A DNA stretch of 63,673 bases, taken from assembly GCF_001447785.1 (NCBI RefSeq), contig NW_015163604.1, positions 1,961,613 to 2,025,285 of the forward strand, given 5' to 3'. The notes under the pieces are model-generated. The model was not told where the DNA came from and made no database searches. It saw only the letters and a list, made by a program, of their open reading frames with translations. Source of the DNA: Gekko japonicus (lineage: Eukaryota). Made by a program: the position numbers and the translations under genes. Positions 1-11,660 of the stretch are shown in pieces (the first letter of the stretch is position 1; each line of letters opens with the position of its first letter).

Positions 1-254
1 CCGCCCGGGTGGGGGGAGGGGGGAGGCTTGGCAGGCCTCGCTGCCACCGGTGTTGGGGGGGAGGGGGAAGGCTTGGTGGGCCTCAGGCCTCACTGCTGCC
101 GGGGGGGAGGGAGGAGGCTTGGCGGGCCTGCTGGGTCTGCCTGCTGGGCTCACCTACTGCCAGTTCCTCCTCCTGCGGAGCTCCTCCTTGCTTCTGCAAG
201 CTGGGAGCTGTGGGGAATACTCCCCCCCACGAGTATCGCGGGTACCCCTTCTTG
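1..254 (+). mobile_element. 3' end of a GC-rich Helitron-like element
   Basis: Subterminal hairpin CCCACG-AGTAT-CGCGGG, then CTTG|T about 9 nt later (degenerate CTAG|T). Internal G-rich repeats. Confidence 0.45.
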
Positions 255-339
255 TATTCATCTAATTTTAAAATTGCAATGCAGTTCTGACTGCAGCCAC
301 TAGGGGCTCAGGAAGTTAGAGCCTTTCTGCAAATAGCTC

Positions 340-468
340 AGGGTGGGTAGCTGTGTTAGTCTGTCTGTAACAGCGGAAAAGAGCAAGAGTCCAGTAGCAC
401 TTTAAAGACTAGAAAAATATGTGGCAGGGTATGAGCTTTCATGAGTCACTGTTCATTTCTTCAGATAC
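340..468 (-). mobile_element. Penelope-like terminal repeat arm with hammerhead motif (partner arm at 1246-1290 and 1615-1638)
   Basis: gtccagtagcactttaaagact...gtatgagctttcatgagtcactgttcatttcttcagatac; same family as the palindromes at 39427 and 61505. Confidence 0.75.
429..468 (-). ncRNA. Minimal type I hammerhead ribozyme motif (Penelope type)
   Basis: Minus strand reads GTAT-CTGAAGA-A-ATGAA-CAGTGA-CTCAT-GAAA-GC-TC-ATAC: CUGANGA and GAAA cores, helix I GTAT/ATAC, helix II with one mismatch, palindromic AGCT in place of helix III. Confidence 0.65.
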
Positions 469-1243
469 AGGTCACCTCCAGGCTGGACTACTGCAACTCA
501 CTCTTACGCAGGGCTGCCCTTGAAACTGACTCAGAAGCTTCAGCTGTTTCAAAATGGAGCTGTGCACCCCAAAGAGCACACGTACAACCATAGCTCTGTC
601 AGCTGCATTGGCTCTCAACTGAGTAGTGAATCTAGTTCAAGGTGATGGTATTGACCTATAAAGCCCTGTGTGGTCTGGGACCAACATATCTGCAGGACCA
701 TCTCTCCCAGTATGCCCCACACAGAGTGTTACGCTCTGCAGATCAGTATCTGCTGCTGGTCCCCGTCCCAAAGACCATTTGTGTAGCCTCTGGCCTGGAG
801 GAACACTCTCCTGAGTGAGATCAGGTCCCTGCGGAACTTGTTACAGTTTCGTGGGGGCTGTAAAATGCAGTTGGTCTGCCAGGCCTACAGTTGAGGCAGC
901 GAGTGTCCAACCACACTGGGCTCCCCCGCTCTGCCTGGCATCATTTATTATGTGCTGCTATTCGCGGTCTACCTACGTGCCCAGGATTCGGTTTATTGAG
1001 CATTTATGTTGGTAGTTTTCCTATGGAATCTCAATTGATTATGCTGACTGCCACCTGGTTTATTATAGGTTCTATATTTGTAATGATGCTTGTAACAGTT
1101 TGAATTGTTGGGAATTGCATGAAACTGTTTCCTTGCCACCGAAGTCAGTATTGTTGGGAATTACTGTTGTTAATTATTGTTGTGACCCACCCTGAGCCCT
1201 GCAGCGCAGGGGGAGGGGAGGTTATAAATCCAAATAAATAAAT
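469..1243 (+). mobile_element. L2-clade LINE 3' fragment
   Basis: VTSRLDYCNSL and KLQL ORF2 motifs; tail caccctgagcc...ggttataaatcc(aaat)n. Confidence 0.85.
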
Positions 1244-1297
1244 TTGTATCTGAAGAAGTGAGCAGTGACTCAGGAAAGCTTATACCTTGCTATATAT

Positions 1298-1614
1298 GAA
1301 CTGCAGGCTGTGGAAGGTCAGTAGTTCAGCAGTTTGAGACCCGGGTGCCGCACGATGGAGTGAGCTCCCATCTCTAGTTCCAGCTCCTACCAACCTAGCA
1401 GTTTGAAAGCAAGAAATTGCAAGTAGATAAATAGGTACCACTTCGGTGGGAAGGTAACAGCGTTCCGTGTGCCTTGGTGTTTAGTCATGCCGGCCACATG
1501 ACCACGGAAACGTCTTTGGAGAGCACTGGCTTTTCGGCTTTGAAACAGAGATGAGCACCGCAACCCTAGAGTTGGACTCGACTGGCTTTCGAGCAAGGGA
1601 ACCTTTACCTTTAC
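1298..1614 (+). mobile_element. 5'-truncated Sauria SINE
   Basis: Near-identical to 3667-4020; ACCTTT tail. Confidence 0.85.
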
Positions 1615-1638
1615 TTAAGGTGCTACTAGTCTCTTGCT

Positions 1639-2033
1639 TAGGGTTGCCAGACCCCTGGTCCGGGTCCAGGTGATCTTTTGGGCTTCTACCTGCCGCTGAC
1701 CAGGTAGCCAATAGGGGAAGCCCCGCCCCGGACAGGGAAATCATGCCACAATGCCCCTGACATGATGACATCATGCGAAAGTGATTTTATCACGTTGGGA
1801 CATTGCATGGCAATGCTCTGCTTTTTGAGCAAAACTCTATGGTTTTAACCCCAAAAACCCATAGAGTTTTGCCCAAAATGCAGAGCATTGCTGCTCGATG
1901 CCCCAACATAATGACATCACTTCCACATGATGTCATCGCATTGGGGACATCCTGCAACATCCCCCCCCCCCCCCAGCCCTGAAACGCCTCCCCAATCTCT
2001 CCACTGGCAAGCTGAAGCGACCTGGCAACCGTA
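1639..2033. mobile_element. hAT-type MITE (TAGGGTTGCCAG termini)
   Basis: TIRs tagggttgccag / ctggcaaccgta; 8-bp TSD ctcttgct / ctcttgcc. Confidence 0.85.
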
Positions 2034-2651
2034 CTCTTGCCCTTTGCTTTCTGCAAAGTTCACTGGGAGGCTGAGGGAAACCATTTGGTGATCAAAACCT
2101 GCTAAACCCATCAGCCAAGCCAGCACTGGAGCCAGGACAAGCTAGTCATTGCCAGGATGCAGACTCCACACAAGGTCATTATCTATGGTTTCCCTCTTTC
2201 TTTGGTTTCGCCCTGCTCCTGCACAACCAGATCTTGCAAAGGAACAGTCCTGTTAGAGTGTGTGGTAGGAGCCCCCCCCCCCTCAACCTTTCATTGCGTT
2301 TTTCTGCATTTCCCTAACTCTTTCCTACACTTTCTCCTCCTTGGTTTTGCTCTCTTCCTTTCATGATCTGCCATTCGTCTATCCCTACTTTTAACCCCCC
2401 ACCCTTTGTTTTCCAGTCTTGGCTCTTCGTCTATCCTGCTTGGCAACTTAGAATGCATTTACTAGTAGTATAGCAGTAAACCTTTGTTAATATTATGAAC
2501 AGATGGGGGAGTTAGGGCGGGGTATAAATCTGGTAATAAATAAAATAAAAATAAAAGTACTAAAAGCATACTTCCCCTCCACCCTTTACATGCATAATAA
2601 TAACATATTAACCTGCTTTAATCGTAACAAATGAGGAACAGAAGTTAGAAT

Positions 2652-2872
2652 ATTTATTTATTTACTTTATATCCTGCCTTTCTTCCCAAAGGGGACTCAA
2701 TGTGTCTTATATATCATTCTTGTCTCTTCTGTTTTACCCTCACAACAACCCTGTGAAGTAGGTTCGGCTGAGAGTGTGTGACTGGCCCAAGGTCACCCAG
2801 CCAGCTTCCATGGCAGAGTGGGGATTTGAACCTGGGTTTCTCAAATCCCAGTCCAACCCTTTAACCACTACA
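2652..2872 (-). mobile_element. tRNA-derived SINE (Squam3-like)
   Basis: Minus-strand head tgtagtggttaa...ggttcaaatcccc; L2-like tail. Confidence 0.75.
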
Positions 2873-3666
2873 CAAGCTTAGCTTCAATTGCAAATAGCAT
2901 GGAGGGGGGGTTATCTGGAGATAACCTGGGCCAGGATATTTCAGTTCCTTTCATTTTTGGTCCTGAAGTTGGTAGATAATTTTGAGATGCTTAGTTTTAT
3001 ACCTGCCTCAAATGGACAGACAGATGGACATGCCGATCCTTTTATTATTATAGATGTATTGTAAGAGCCGGCTAAGTTATTTGTTTTGTTCTGATATTTA
3101 GTTTGGATCAGGGTCATATGGGGAGAGGGGCAGATGTAATCTTTGTCTGGGGGCCCGGCGTGGCTCTCAGCAGCCCCGTGAAGGCCTCCACCAAAGATAC
3201 CTAGAATTTCTTCAAGTCCCATATACTAGTGGGACTGACAACAAACACAAAATATTCAAGAAGGACCTGACATCCTGGGATGTTTCACAAGAAGCCTGTT
3301 GTGGCAGCAGGAGAACTGGATTAGCAATGAAGGTCGACAGATGATATGGGATTTGGAAAACAGGCCAGGAGCTAGCGAATGAAGCCTGTTGCTTAGATAA
3401 ATGGGTGTGTCAGGAATTCTGTATGAATAGGACTTAAGGTTCTCACTCACTTACTTAGTAACTCCACCTTCTCTCTTTGATAGCTGTGTAATAGGTAGAA
3501 ACCAACAGAAGAAACCTTATCCTTTACTCAGCATTTCTGGGCTGTGGAAAGTTGGATCTGTTGAATTTCTACTTGTCACGTTGCTGTTAAAGGCTCAGAA
3601 TACCTGAATGTAGTGAAATGACCACTATATTTATATTCTTATTTAGCACCGAGCACACTAGCACTA

Positions 3667-4020
3667 GGAGCTGCGGTGGCTCAAGTGGTTAAGACGCTGA
3701 ACTGCAGGCTGTGGAAGGTCAGTAGTTCAGCAGTTCGAGACCCGGGTGCCGCATGATGGAGTGAGCTCCCATCTCTAGTTCCAGCTCCTGCCAACCTAGC
3801 AGTTCGAAAGCAAGAAATTGCAAGTAAATAAATAGGTACCACTTCAGTGGGAAGGTAACAGCGTTCCGTGCACCTTGGTGTTTAGTCATGCCGGCCACAT
3901 GACCACGGAAACGTCTTCGGACAGCGCTGGCTCTTCGGCTTTGAAACGGAGATGAGCACCACAACCCTAGAGTCGGATTCGACTGGCTTTCGAGCAAGGG
4001 AACCTTTACCTTTACCTTTA
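3667..4020 (+). mobile_element. Full-length Sauria SINE
   Basis: Pol III A box tggctcaagtgg, B box gttcgagac, (ACCTTT)n tail, 11-bp TSD acactagcact at 3655-3665 and 4020-4030. Confidence 0.92.
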
Positions 4021-4339
4021 CACTAGCACTCCCATCATAGGCTGGAGGGTTTGACTATCTGCATATAAACACCTATACTTTGTTTCCTTCTAGAAGCACT
4101 GTCTGCATACATGTATCTTCCTGCATACACCGGCATTCACAGCAGCAACAGAATCTCCATATGGGGATTTTCTCTGTGGGGATTCTCATGTGGGGATATC
4201 CCCTTGTGCCTGCTATTCCTCCTGCCCCCTTTGCTGGCTTTGTAAAAAAATATTAGTAGATATATTGCTATAATATTATGATGCTGTAGTGACATGCCTA
4301 CTGGTGGTGGAAAGTGCCATCAATTTGGGGTATGGTGAC

Positions 4340-4545
4340 CAATGTTCCCTCTAAGCTATGGAGTCTTGTGAGCAAAAATTCTACTTTGTGAGCTACTGGC
4401 ATTAAAGTTGTGAGTGAGCAATTTGACTACTGCATAAATTAGTTTGCTCTGGAGCCATTCTTCCTGAGCTAAGACAAAAATGTGTGAGCTGGAGGCTAAA
4501 AAACTGTGAGCTAGCTCACAATAACTCAGCTTAGAGGGAACATTG
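4340..4545. mobile_element. hAT MITE (about 205 bp, CARTGTTCCCTCTAAGCT termini)
   Basis: TIRs plus perfect TSD atggtgac; inserted in the tail of a 5S-derived SINE. Confidence 0.92.
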
Positions 4546-4553
4546 ATGGTGAC

Positions 4554-4730
4554 TCCACTGGGTTTTCAAGGCAAGAGACGAACAGAGGTGGGTTGCCATT
4601 GTCTGCCTCTGTTTTCCAACCCTGGACTTCATCGGTGGCCTCCCATTCAACTACTCACCAGGGCAGACCCTACTTTGCTTCTGTGATATGATGAGATCAG
4701 ACTAGTCTGGGCCATCCTGGTCAGAGTGAC
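4554..4730 (-). mobile_element. 5S rRNA-derived SINE
   Basis: Minus strand resembles the 5S internal promoter region (gatctcatc...gaagcaaagtagggtc...ttgaatgggaggcc). Confidence 0.7.
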
Positions 4731-5036
4731 AGACCTACTACTACCATTTTAAAAAAAAAAAAGTCCAAAAGCCTGGTGGTGTTGGGGAAACGGTGCATGT
4801 AGGGGGAAATGGAAAGGAGATGGCATCAGATTTGGGTGGGGGAGGAATGGAAATCCATACCTGTCATGTTTGGGAAACGACACAGATTAGTTGGAGAACA
4901 CCCAGAAGATGAATGATGTCAAGGAGAAGCCAAAAGCACCCCCCTCCCCCCCAAAAAAACCCCTGCTACAATTGGGTGGGTGAGGGGACACAGAAAAACT
5001 CCACATGGAAACAACCTTAATAACTCAATGCAGATT

Positions 5037-5650
5037 ACCCTACATGGCCAGGGTCCAACCTACCTGAAGGACCGCCTTTCCCCATACGTTCCCCCAAGAG
5101 CACTACGGTCGGGGCCCCAAAATTTGCTGGTCATCCCGGGCCCCAAGGACACCAAACTAGTTGCGACCAGGGCCAGGGCTTTTTCGGTGGCGGCTCCTAC
5201 CTGGTGGAATGGGCTCCCGGGGGAGATCCGAGCCCTGCGGGACCTTCTGCAGTTCCGCAGGGCCTGCAAAACGGAGCTCTTCCACCAGGCTTTTGAGTAG
5301 GAGCCACCGCCCTTACTATACCATCACCGTCATGGTTTGATGAGGCCCTGAGGAAACACCTGAAACATCTAGATACTGCAAAAAGATCTAAGCCTTTCTC
5401 CTGTGGACGCAAACAGCTTTGGAAGTACCACCGGAACTGCACTGATGCCATCTTTGGATCTATAACATTAGACGTTTGAGCACCATTGTTTTTAAGTATT
5501 GGATGTTTTTAAATTGTATTATTATGTTTTAATCTACTGTGTATATTATGTTTTAATTATGGCATGGTTTACCTTGCCCTTGTTAGCTGCCCTGAGCCCA
5601 TTGGGGAGGGCGGGGTATAAATGCGAAAAATAATTTTTAAAAAATAAATT
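5037..5650 (+). mobile_element. L2 LINE 3' end
   Basis: YLKDRLSPYVPPRALRS...APTWWNGLP...FRRACKTELFHQAFE; tail gccctgagcc...gggcggggtataaat. Confidence 0.88.
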
Positions 5651-5987
5651 AATTTTTTTAAGGTTGAGAAAATAGTGGCTTTCTTACTTCATTACAGTCC
5701 ATGCTTATGGATGAAGTGGGCATCCTAACTAAACACAATACTTGAAGTTGTGGTACATTACAAAAGTGTTGTCTTATGTATATGGCATGAAACATTGCAA
5801 TCCACAGCCAACTCTCTCTGGAACGGTCCCATTGCCGACAGCAAATCCCCAAGGAGGTATAGATGGAAGCCAAATGGTGAACAATGAATGTGGTATTACA
5901 ATTATACTTTAATCTGAGGATGTTACTAGTAAGTCAGGGCATGTATTTTTAAGGAATTCAAGCTAGTCAAGAACGCTATTTGTGTTA

Positions 5988-7381
5988 CTCTTCATTCTCT
6001 TTATAAATGATGTGGTAAAGCTGTTTAACATAAGTAGACCTCCTCCTCCTAAATTGACTCATAAACATATTTCAGTACTGCTTTATGTGGACGATGCTGT
6101 TCTTCTTTCAAGGAACTCCAGTGGGGCTAAAAAAAAGCTCTATGTAGCTTTGCTACATATTGTAATGAACAGCAGCTTGTAATTAATTACAAGAAAACCG
6201 AGGTAATGTCCTTTAATAAGAACCGTAAATTGAGACGCTGGTTAATGAATGGAAAATGTCTGCCACAAGTCTCTTCCTTTAGATATCTGGGGATGGTGGT
6301 ACAAGCCTGTGGCCCTAGCGTGGTCCATAGTAATTATGTGGCGGACAAAGGAGAAAAGACAGCTCTAAGCATAATAAAGTTCTTTAGGTCTAAGGGGGGG
6401 GGACTTTATTCCAGCTGCCCTTAAACTTTTCAAATTTAAGATTATACAACAATTGCTATATGGAACCTTTTCAGGCCCTTCTGAGTCTCGCTTTTTGCCA
6501 TTAGAATGGGTTCAATTTAAATTTCTAAGGGCAGTATTACGGGTCCCAAACTCTGTCTCAAACGCCATGATTCGATTATAAACGGGGATGGTGAAAATAA
6601 CTGCCAGAATAATGATCTCTTCTTTAAACCTTTGATTTAAGATAAATAAAAACTCTTGTGGTCTTGTTTCGTTAATTTTGCAAGATGATTTTCAATAAAG
6701 CAGTCCATACAAAATTAGCTCAGGTTGGATTTTCCCAATTCAGTTCTTCATCTGGGTTATGATACAGCTAGCAAGCTCCTCAGTCAGAGAGTGGAAGACA
6801 TAGAATGCCAATCCAACATTTCCAAAGTACCAAATTTCATTGCTGCCCCTCAAAGACGTTATCTTCTCCAACTGGCCTCTTACTTATACAGCCTGGAAAA
6901 TGCTAACCAAAGAGCCTTTTATCTTGCAAGGCTAGCAGTATTGCCATCAGCAGTTGTTGAAGGTAGATATAAAATCCCTCAACTGAGAGAGAATGTCCTT
7001 GTAACATTGATGCGATAGAGGCAACAACAAACATCTTACTTCACTGCTCAATATACAATGAAATTCGACTGACCTTTGTTTTGCCGATATTACCGAAAGG
7101 TCCCGAAATCTCTGAGAAAGAGATTGTTAATAAATTTCTTTCTGATGAGAACACGAAAATATCAAAATGTTGTGGTCAAGCAATAAAATTACGTTCCATC
7201 TATGTTTCTAAAGGAATAGTGGGAACTTGAGATGCATGATCGTCCTATCAGAGTTTTAAATTTGTGCATTCAATTTTTTACTATTTTTAATTATGTTGTT
7301 GTTTTATCGTCTTTCTTATGTGCGATTGTTGTAGTATTTATTTATACACTGGCCGTGGGCCATTAGTAAAATCTGACTGAC
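5988..7381 (+). mobile_element. Degenerate non-LTR retrotransposon 3' half (RT C-terminus plus CCHC; RTE-X-like)
   Basis: LFILFIND, LLYVDDAVLLS (YxDD), FRYLG and a terminal CPC...HC remnant; (CTGA)n tail; possible TSD tgtgtta at 5981-5987 and 7382-7388. Clade assignment is tentative. Confidence 0.75.
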
Positions 7382-7849
7382 TGTGTTAAAATTTATGCTT
7401 ACAGTGGTTTTGCTGGCTGGTGCATTGGGGCTGTTACTCTGCAATTGCCAAGCTGCTTCCTTTGGAAACATCCTGTTGATTCAATTTTAATAGATGATGG
7501 GATGTCACCCATTTGAAAGATATTTGTAGCTTATGGCAGTTCAGCAGACATCTTAAACCATGATGACTTCGCTTGAGCAACCGGATGCTTCAAGTGGCTA
7601 TTACTGGGACCTCCTGGCGCTTAGTTCATCTCTCATAAGTCTCCTTGAGGATCAGCACTGAAGTGCTGGCAATTGAACAGACTGCTTAACAAGCTAGCAA
7701 AGATGTAGAAAAAACCAAGAGGAAGAATGCCTAAAGCAAGGTCTGGACTCCTAATCAACAGCTAGTGAGGGGCATATGATGAGGAGGGATAGGCCATTTC
7801 CATACATGTCAAAATGGTCTTATCCTTTATCAAAGTCACTATATATGTG

Positions 7850-8009
7850 CTGTCGGTTGACTTATGGTGACCCCAGCAAGGGTATTTCAAGGCAAGCGAG
7901 AAGCAGAGGTGGTGTGTCATTGCCTCCCTCTGCAAAGTCTTCCCTGGTGATCTCCCTTCCAAGTACTGACCCTGCTCAGTCACCAAGATTTGATGAGATC
8001 AGGCTATGG
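7850..8009 (-). mobile_element. 5S rRNA-derived SINE, interrupted by a MITE
   Basis: Minus strand gatctcatcaaatcttggtgactgagcagggtcagtacttggaagggaga matches 5S rRNA. Confidence 0.7.
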
Positions 8010-8507
8010 CAGGGGTGGCCAAACTGTGGCTCGGGAGCCACATGGGCCTCTTTTACACATATTGTGTGGCTCCCGGCAGGGCGGCTGGGGAAGCGAAGGA
8101 GAGGCATGCCTCCCTAATTGGTCTTCCCTTCCGCAGCCAGTGTTCCCCTCCCTGGGTAGGCTTGAGGTGTGTGGGAGGGAGCAGAGAAAGAAAGTAACTT
8201 TAAATGCATTCTCAAAGCCCCCTCCCCCTGCCGTCTGGCTTGGGAGAAGACATCTGTCTCTTTAAATCCCTTTGCCAAGCCAGCTGGCGGGGGAAATGGG
8301 TGGCTGGGGTTTGAAGGACGTATTTAAAGTTATATCTGTTTTTACCCCTTTTGTTTTTATTTTTGGCAGTCTCATTTAATGTTAATAAAAAGCAAATTTG
8401 CATACTTTTCAATAAAAACATGTAATATTTGTTTATGTCTTGCGGCTCTCAAACATCTGACGTTTATCCTATGTGGCTCTTATGTGAAGCAAGTTTGGCC
8501 ACCCCTG
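8010..8507. mobile_element. hAT (Charlie-like) MITE
   Basis: TIRs caggggtggccaaact / agtttggccacccctg; TSD ggctatgg / ggctatag. Confidence 0.9.
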
Positions 8508-8520
8508 GGCTATAGGATAT

Positions 8521-9468
8521 CATTCCTGAGGGACCGCCTTTCTCCACATGTTCCCCAGATAGTACTACAGTCAGGGTTGCAAAATCTCCTGGTTCTCCCT
8601 GGCCCTAAGCACACCGGGCTGGCTATGACCAGGGCTAGGGCTTTTTCTGTGATGGCTCCGCGCTGGTGGAATGAGCTTCCTGAAGACATCAGGGCCCTGC
8701 AGGATTTACTACAATTCTGCAGGGCCTGCAAGATGGAGCTCTTTCACCAGGCATTTGAATGAGGAATCACACTTAACAGTCCATCATAGACGTAAGAGCC
8801 TGCAACCTGGAATCCATCAGTGACTGCCTGTGCTATGCCTGCATTAATATGTATTGCTGACTGGATATCCATTATGGTCAGGGCTTTTTGTTGTAGAAAA
8901 AGCCCAGCAGGAACTCATTAGCATAACAGGCCACACCCAACAGCAGGACCTCATTAGCATATTAGGTCACACCCTGACAGTGCAGTGTATTAGCATATTA
9001 GGCCACACCCCATGCCTTCCCTTGGCTTGCCCGGGCGCCCCTCAGCTGTGGAGAGCCCGGGCAAGCCAGCCCTTGGACAGGCCGGGGAAGGCACGGGGAG
9101 GAATTAAAATGCCTCCCCGATCCTTTCAGGGACCACCCCCGGCCCACTCGCCTTGGAGTCGCCAGGGGGGTCGCTCTCCAGGCCTTCCCTCTGTAGCCAC
9201 GCACACAGAGGTTTGGGCTGTAGTGGGCATGGCCAACTCTGAAGCCAGCCGGAACTCCGTTCCTGTGTGTTCCTGCCCAAAAATAGCCCTGATTATGGTG
9301 ATATCAAACTGTGTTCTCACCATCCTATATTTTTGCACAGAACTATGTAGCACCTTATAAATTTTTTATGATGTCTTGTTTTTAATCTGTTTTACCTTTT
9401 AATGTAAGCCGCCCTGAGCCTGCCTTGGCAGGGAAGGCAGGGTATAAATCTAATAAAATAAAATAAAT
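8521..9468 (+). mobile_element. L2 LINE 3' end, interrupted by MITE 8879-9291
   Basis: FLRDRLSPHVP...WWNELPEDIRAL...ELFHQAFE; tail at 9403-9468. Confidence 0.85.
8879..9291. mobile_element. hAT MITE, CTCATTAGCAT-motif family
   Basis: TIRs cagggcttttt / aaatagccctg; perfect TSD attatggt. Confidence 0.9.
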
Positions 9469-10084
9469 CCCCATTAAAGTTGCTATTCCCTCTATATATC
9501 CTTCTTGTCTCTGTGTTGGCAATCAGGGACCAACTATCATTCCATAGGGACTTGGATTTGGTCCTGGGGCTTCCAGTTGTTGATCCTTAGTCTAATTAAT
9601 TTTGATTCTAAAGTAGACTGGTAGTTTGTCTTCAGTTTTCTCAGATCCAAAACATAAGTGCGATGTGATATTAATTTTAAAATCCTTTATGGCATTGTGT
9701 CTGTTTGCTGAGCACTCTTTAGCTAAGTAAACTGCTGGATAATAATCCAAGAAGGTGGTTGGTGTTTCATCAGTGATGCTAATGACAAGAGGCTGGATTT
9801 TCCCTTGTGTTCGCCATGACCCCGGAAGAACAGCACCAGTGTGGCAGAAGAATATTGGTGAGCAGGTGTACTATATTTATCTGTTTATTTAAAAGTTTGT
9901 ACACTAATTTGTTCCACTTTTGGGAGCAGCTTGCAAAGAAAATAAACACAAACACAGCAATCTCAACACAAGCAGAACAGTAAAACTGAAACACCCATAA
10001 AATGTCTGGTGTTCGCATACAAAAGCACAGTTTAAATTACCCATTAAATGTCTTCTGAAAAAGCATAGCTTTTCTTTCTGATGA

Positions 10085-10400
10085 AGAAAGACAATCTAGT
10101 GCCTCTTTCTTTTCTGAATTCAGCTTGAACATCTGGCATTTCTTGTTCCATATATGTAACAGTTTTTGTTGTAAGTTTTTGAGCATCAGTTTACTTGCAT
10201 GAGAAATTAATGTAATGGTCCAATAGTTGCTTCAATCTTTGACATGCCCTTTTAAAGAATTGGAACATAAACTAAGCATTTCCAGTCTGCAGGCCATTGT
10301 TTTGTTTTCCATATTTGTTGGCTCACTGCTGTTAAGGTTTTGACGGACTCCATTTCTGTGGCTTGGAATAGCTCTATTGATATCCCATCTACTTCTGGCA
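10085..10400 (-). mobile_element. RTE-BovB LINE fragment
   Basis: DGISIELFQ...QQIWKTKQWPADWK is the BovB/RTE pre-RT motif. Confidence 0.85.
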
Positions 10401-10776
10401 ATTTGTTACTCATCACAGGGTTTTTGATGTAAGGGATGATGAGTAGTAGTTTGCTATTACCTTCTTCTGCACAGTACTGAAGTGAAACTGCCATTGTCTA
10501 CTAAAGATCTACTACCTGTGTCACTTTCCACTATTGCTGCAGCACAGTAGCTGCCCTTCAAGGATTCCTCTGCCCCTGTTGGTTCTGTTCTGCTGATGTG
10601 GCCATTGATTCCTGAGGGGGGAGGGAAATGCATCACAGTCTGGTGTCTCAGCTGTGAACTCTGTCTTGAGTGACTCTGGTAGGAGTTTAGCCACTTAACA
10701 GAGTCTAAACCGGCAACTCTAAGTTTATGATCTTATAAGAAATATTTGAATGATTTTGCCTCGTAGATCATCATCT

Positions 10777-10861
10777 CCATGCATCCATCCATGCATCCAT
10801 GCACCCATCCATCCATCCATCCATCCATCCATCCATCCATCCATCCATCCATCCATCCATC
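10777..10861. repeat. (CCAT)n microsatellite
   Basis: Direct tandem repeat. Confidence 0.98.
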
Positions 10862-11092
10862 TGGCTTCACCTCCTCTGAGTCAATAAACAAAGTCTAATT
10901 GTAAGTTTAAGTTTCCTGGTTTCATGCTGTTTATTACATCTGTCATTTTCTTTTAAGAGCTAGGTATTCTTTCTCCAGATTTTCCACAGTACCAGTGTTG
11001 TCCTAAGCAGAGTTACACCCTTCTGATCCCATTGACTTAGAAGTGTGTAACTCTTCTTAGGGTGGCACTATGAATTTCATAGCAGTATTAAC

Positions 11093-11660
11093 AGGATTGC
11101 CAACTTCTAGGTGAGTTCTGGAGATCTCCTGCAGAGGTCATTTCGGGGGAGGAACGTGGGGGATCGCAGTTCCCGTGGGTGAGGTGTGGGTGGGCGGGGC
11201 ACACGATGAAGCCCCGCCCCCTGCTTCCGGCCGCCCCACCTCTCCCAACCCTCATTCAGCCAGGAGGAGGCAGGAGAAGAGGGAGGGTAAGTTGCTTCCT
11301 CCCTGCCTCTCCCCACCCCTGCCTGCCTGGGGCCAGGGAGGGCCTTGGTGGGGCTTCCTCGCACTCCTGCCGGCCTTGCAGGTCCACCGCAGGGCCCCTG
11401 ATGTCAGGGTGTGTGGCATATGCTAATGAGTTATGCTAATGAGTTTCCCTACCTCTTTTTCTACAAAACAACCCCTGATCTCCTGGAACTATAACCAATC
11501 TCCAGACTCAGAGACCTTTCCCACTGGATAAAGGGCTGCTTTGGAGGATGGACTTTATGGCAGTATAACCCACTGAAAACCCCCATTCCTAAACCCTGCC
11601 CTCCCCAGGCTCCTCCCACAAATTTCCAGGAATCTCCAAACTTGGAATTGGCAACCCTCA
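11093..11660. mobile_element. TAGGGTTGCCA-type MITE with a nested CTCATTAGCAT-family MITE (about 11133-11477)
   Basis: Outer ends ggattgccaac / ttggcaaccct. The inner element ends atgctaatgag...ttctacaaaacaacccctg and is flanked by atctcctg on both sides. Confidence 0.75.

Noticed and set aside
4980-5300. Recurrent similar ORFs (also 8379-8762 and 28225-28473) that look like a small gene family
   Set aside because: They are L2 ORF2 C-termini followed by L2 tails, not host genes.
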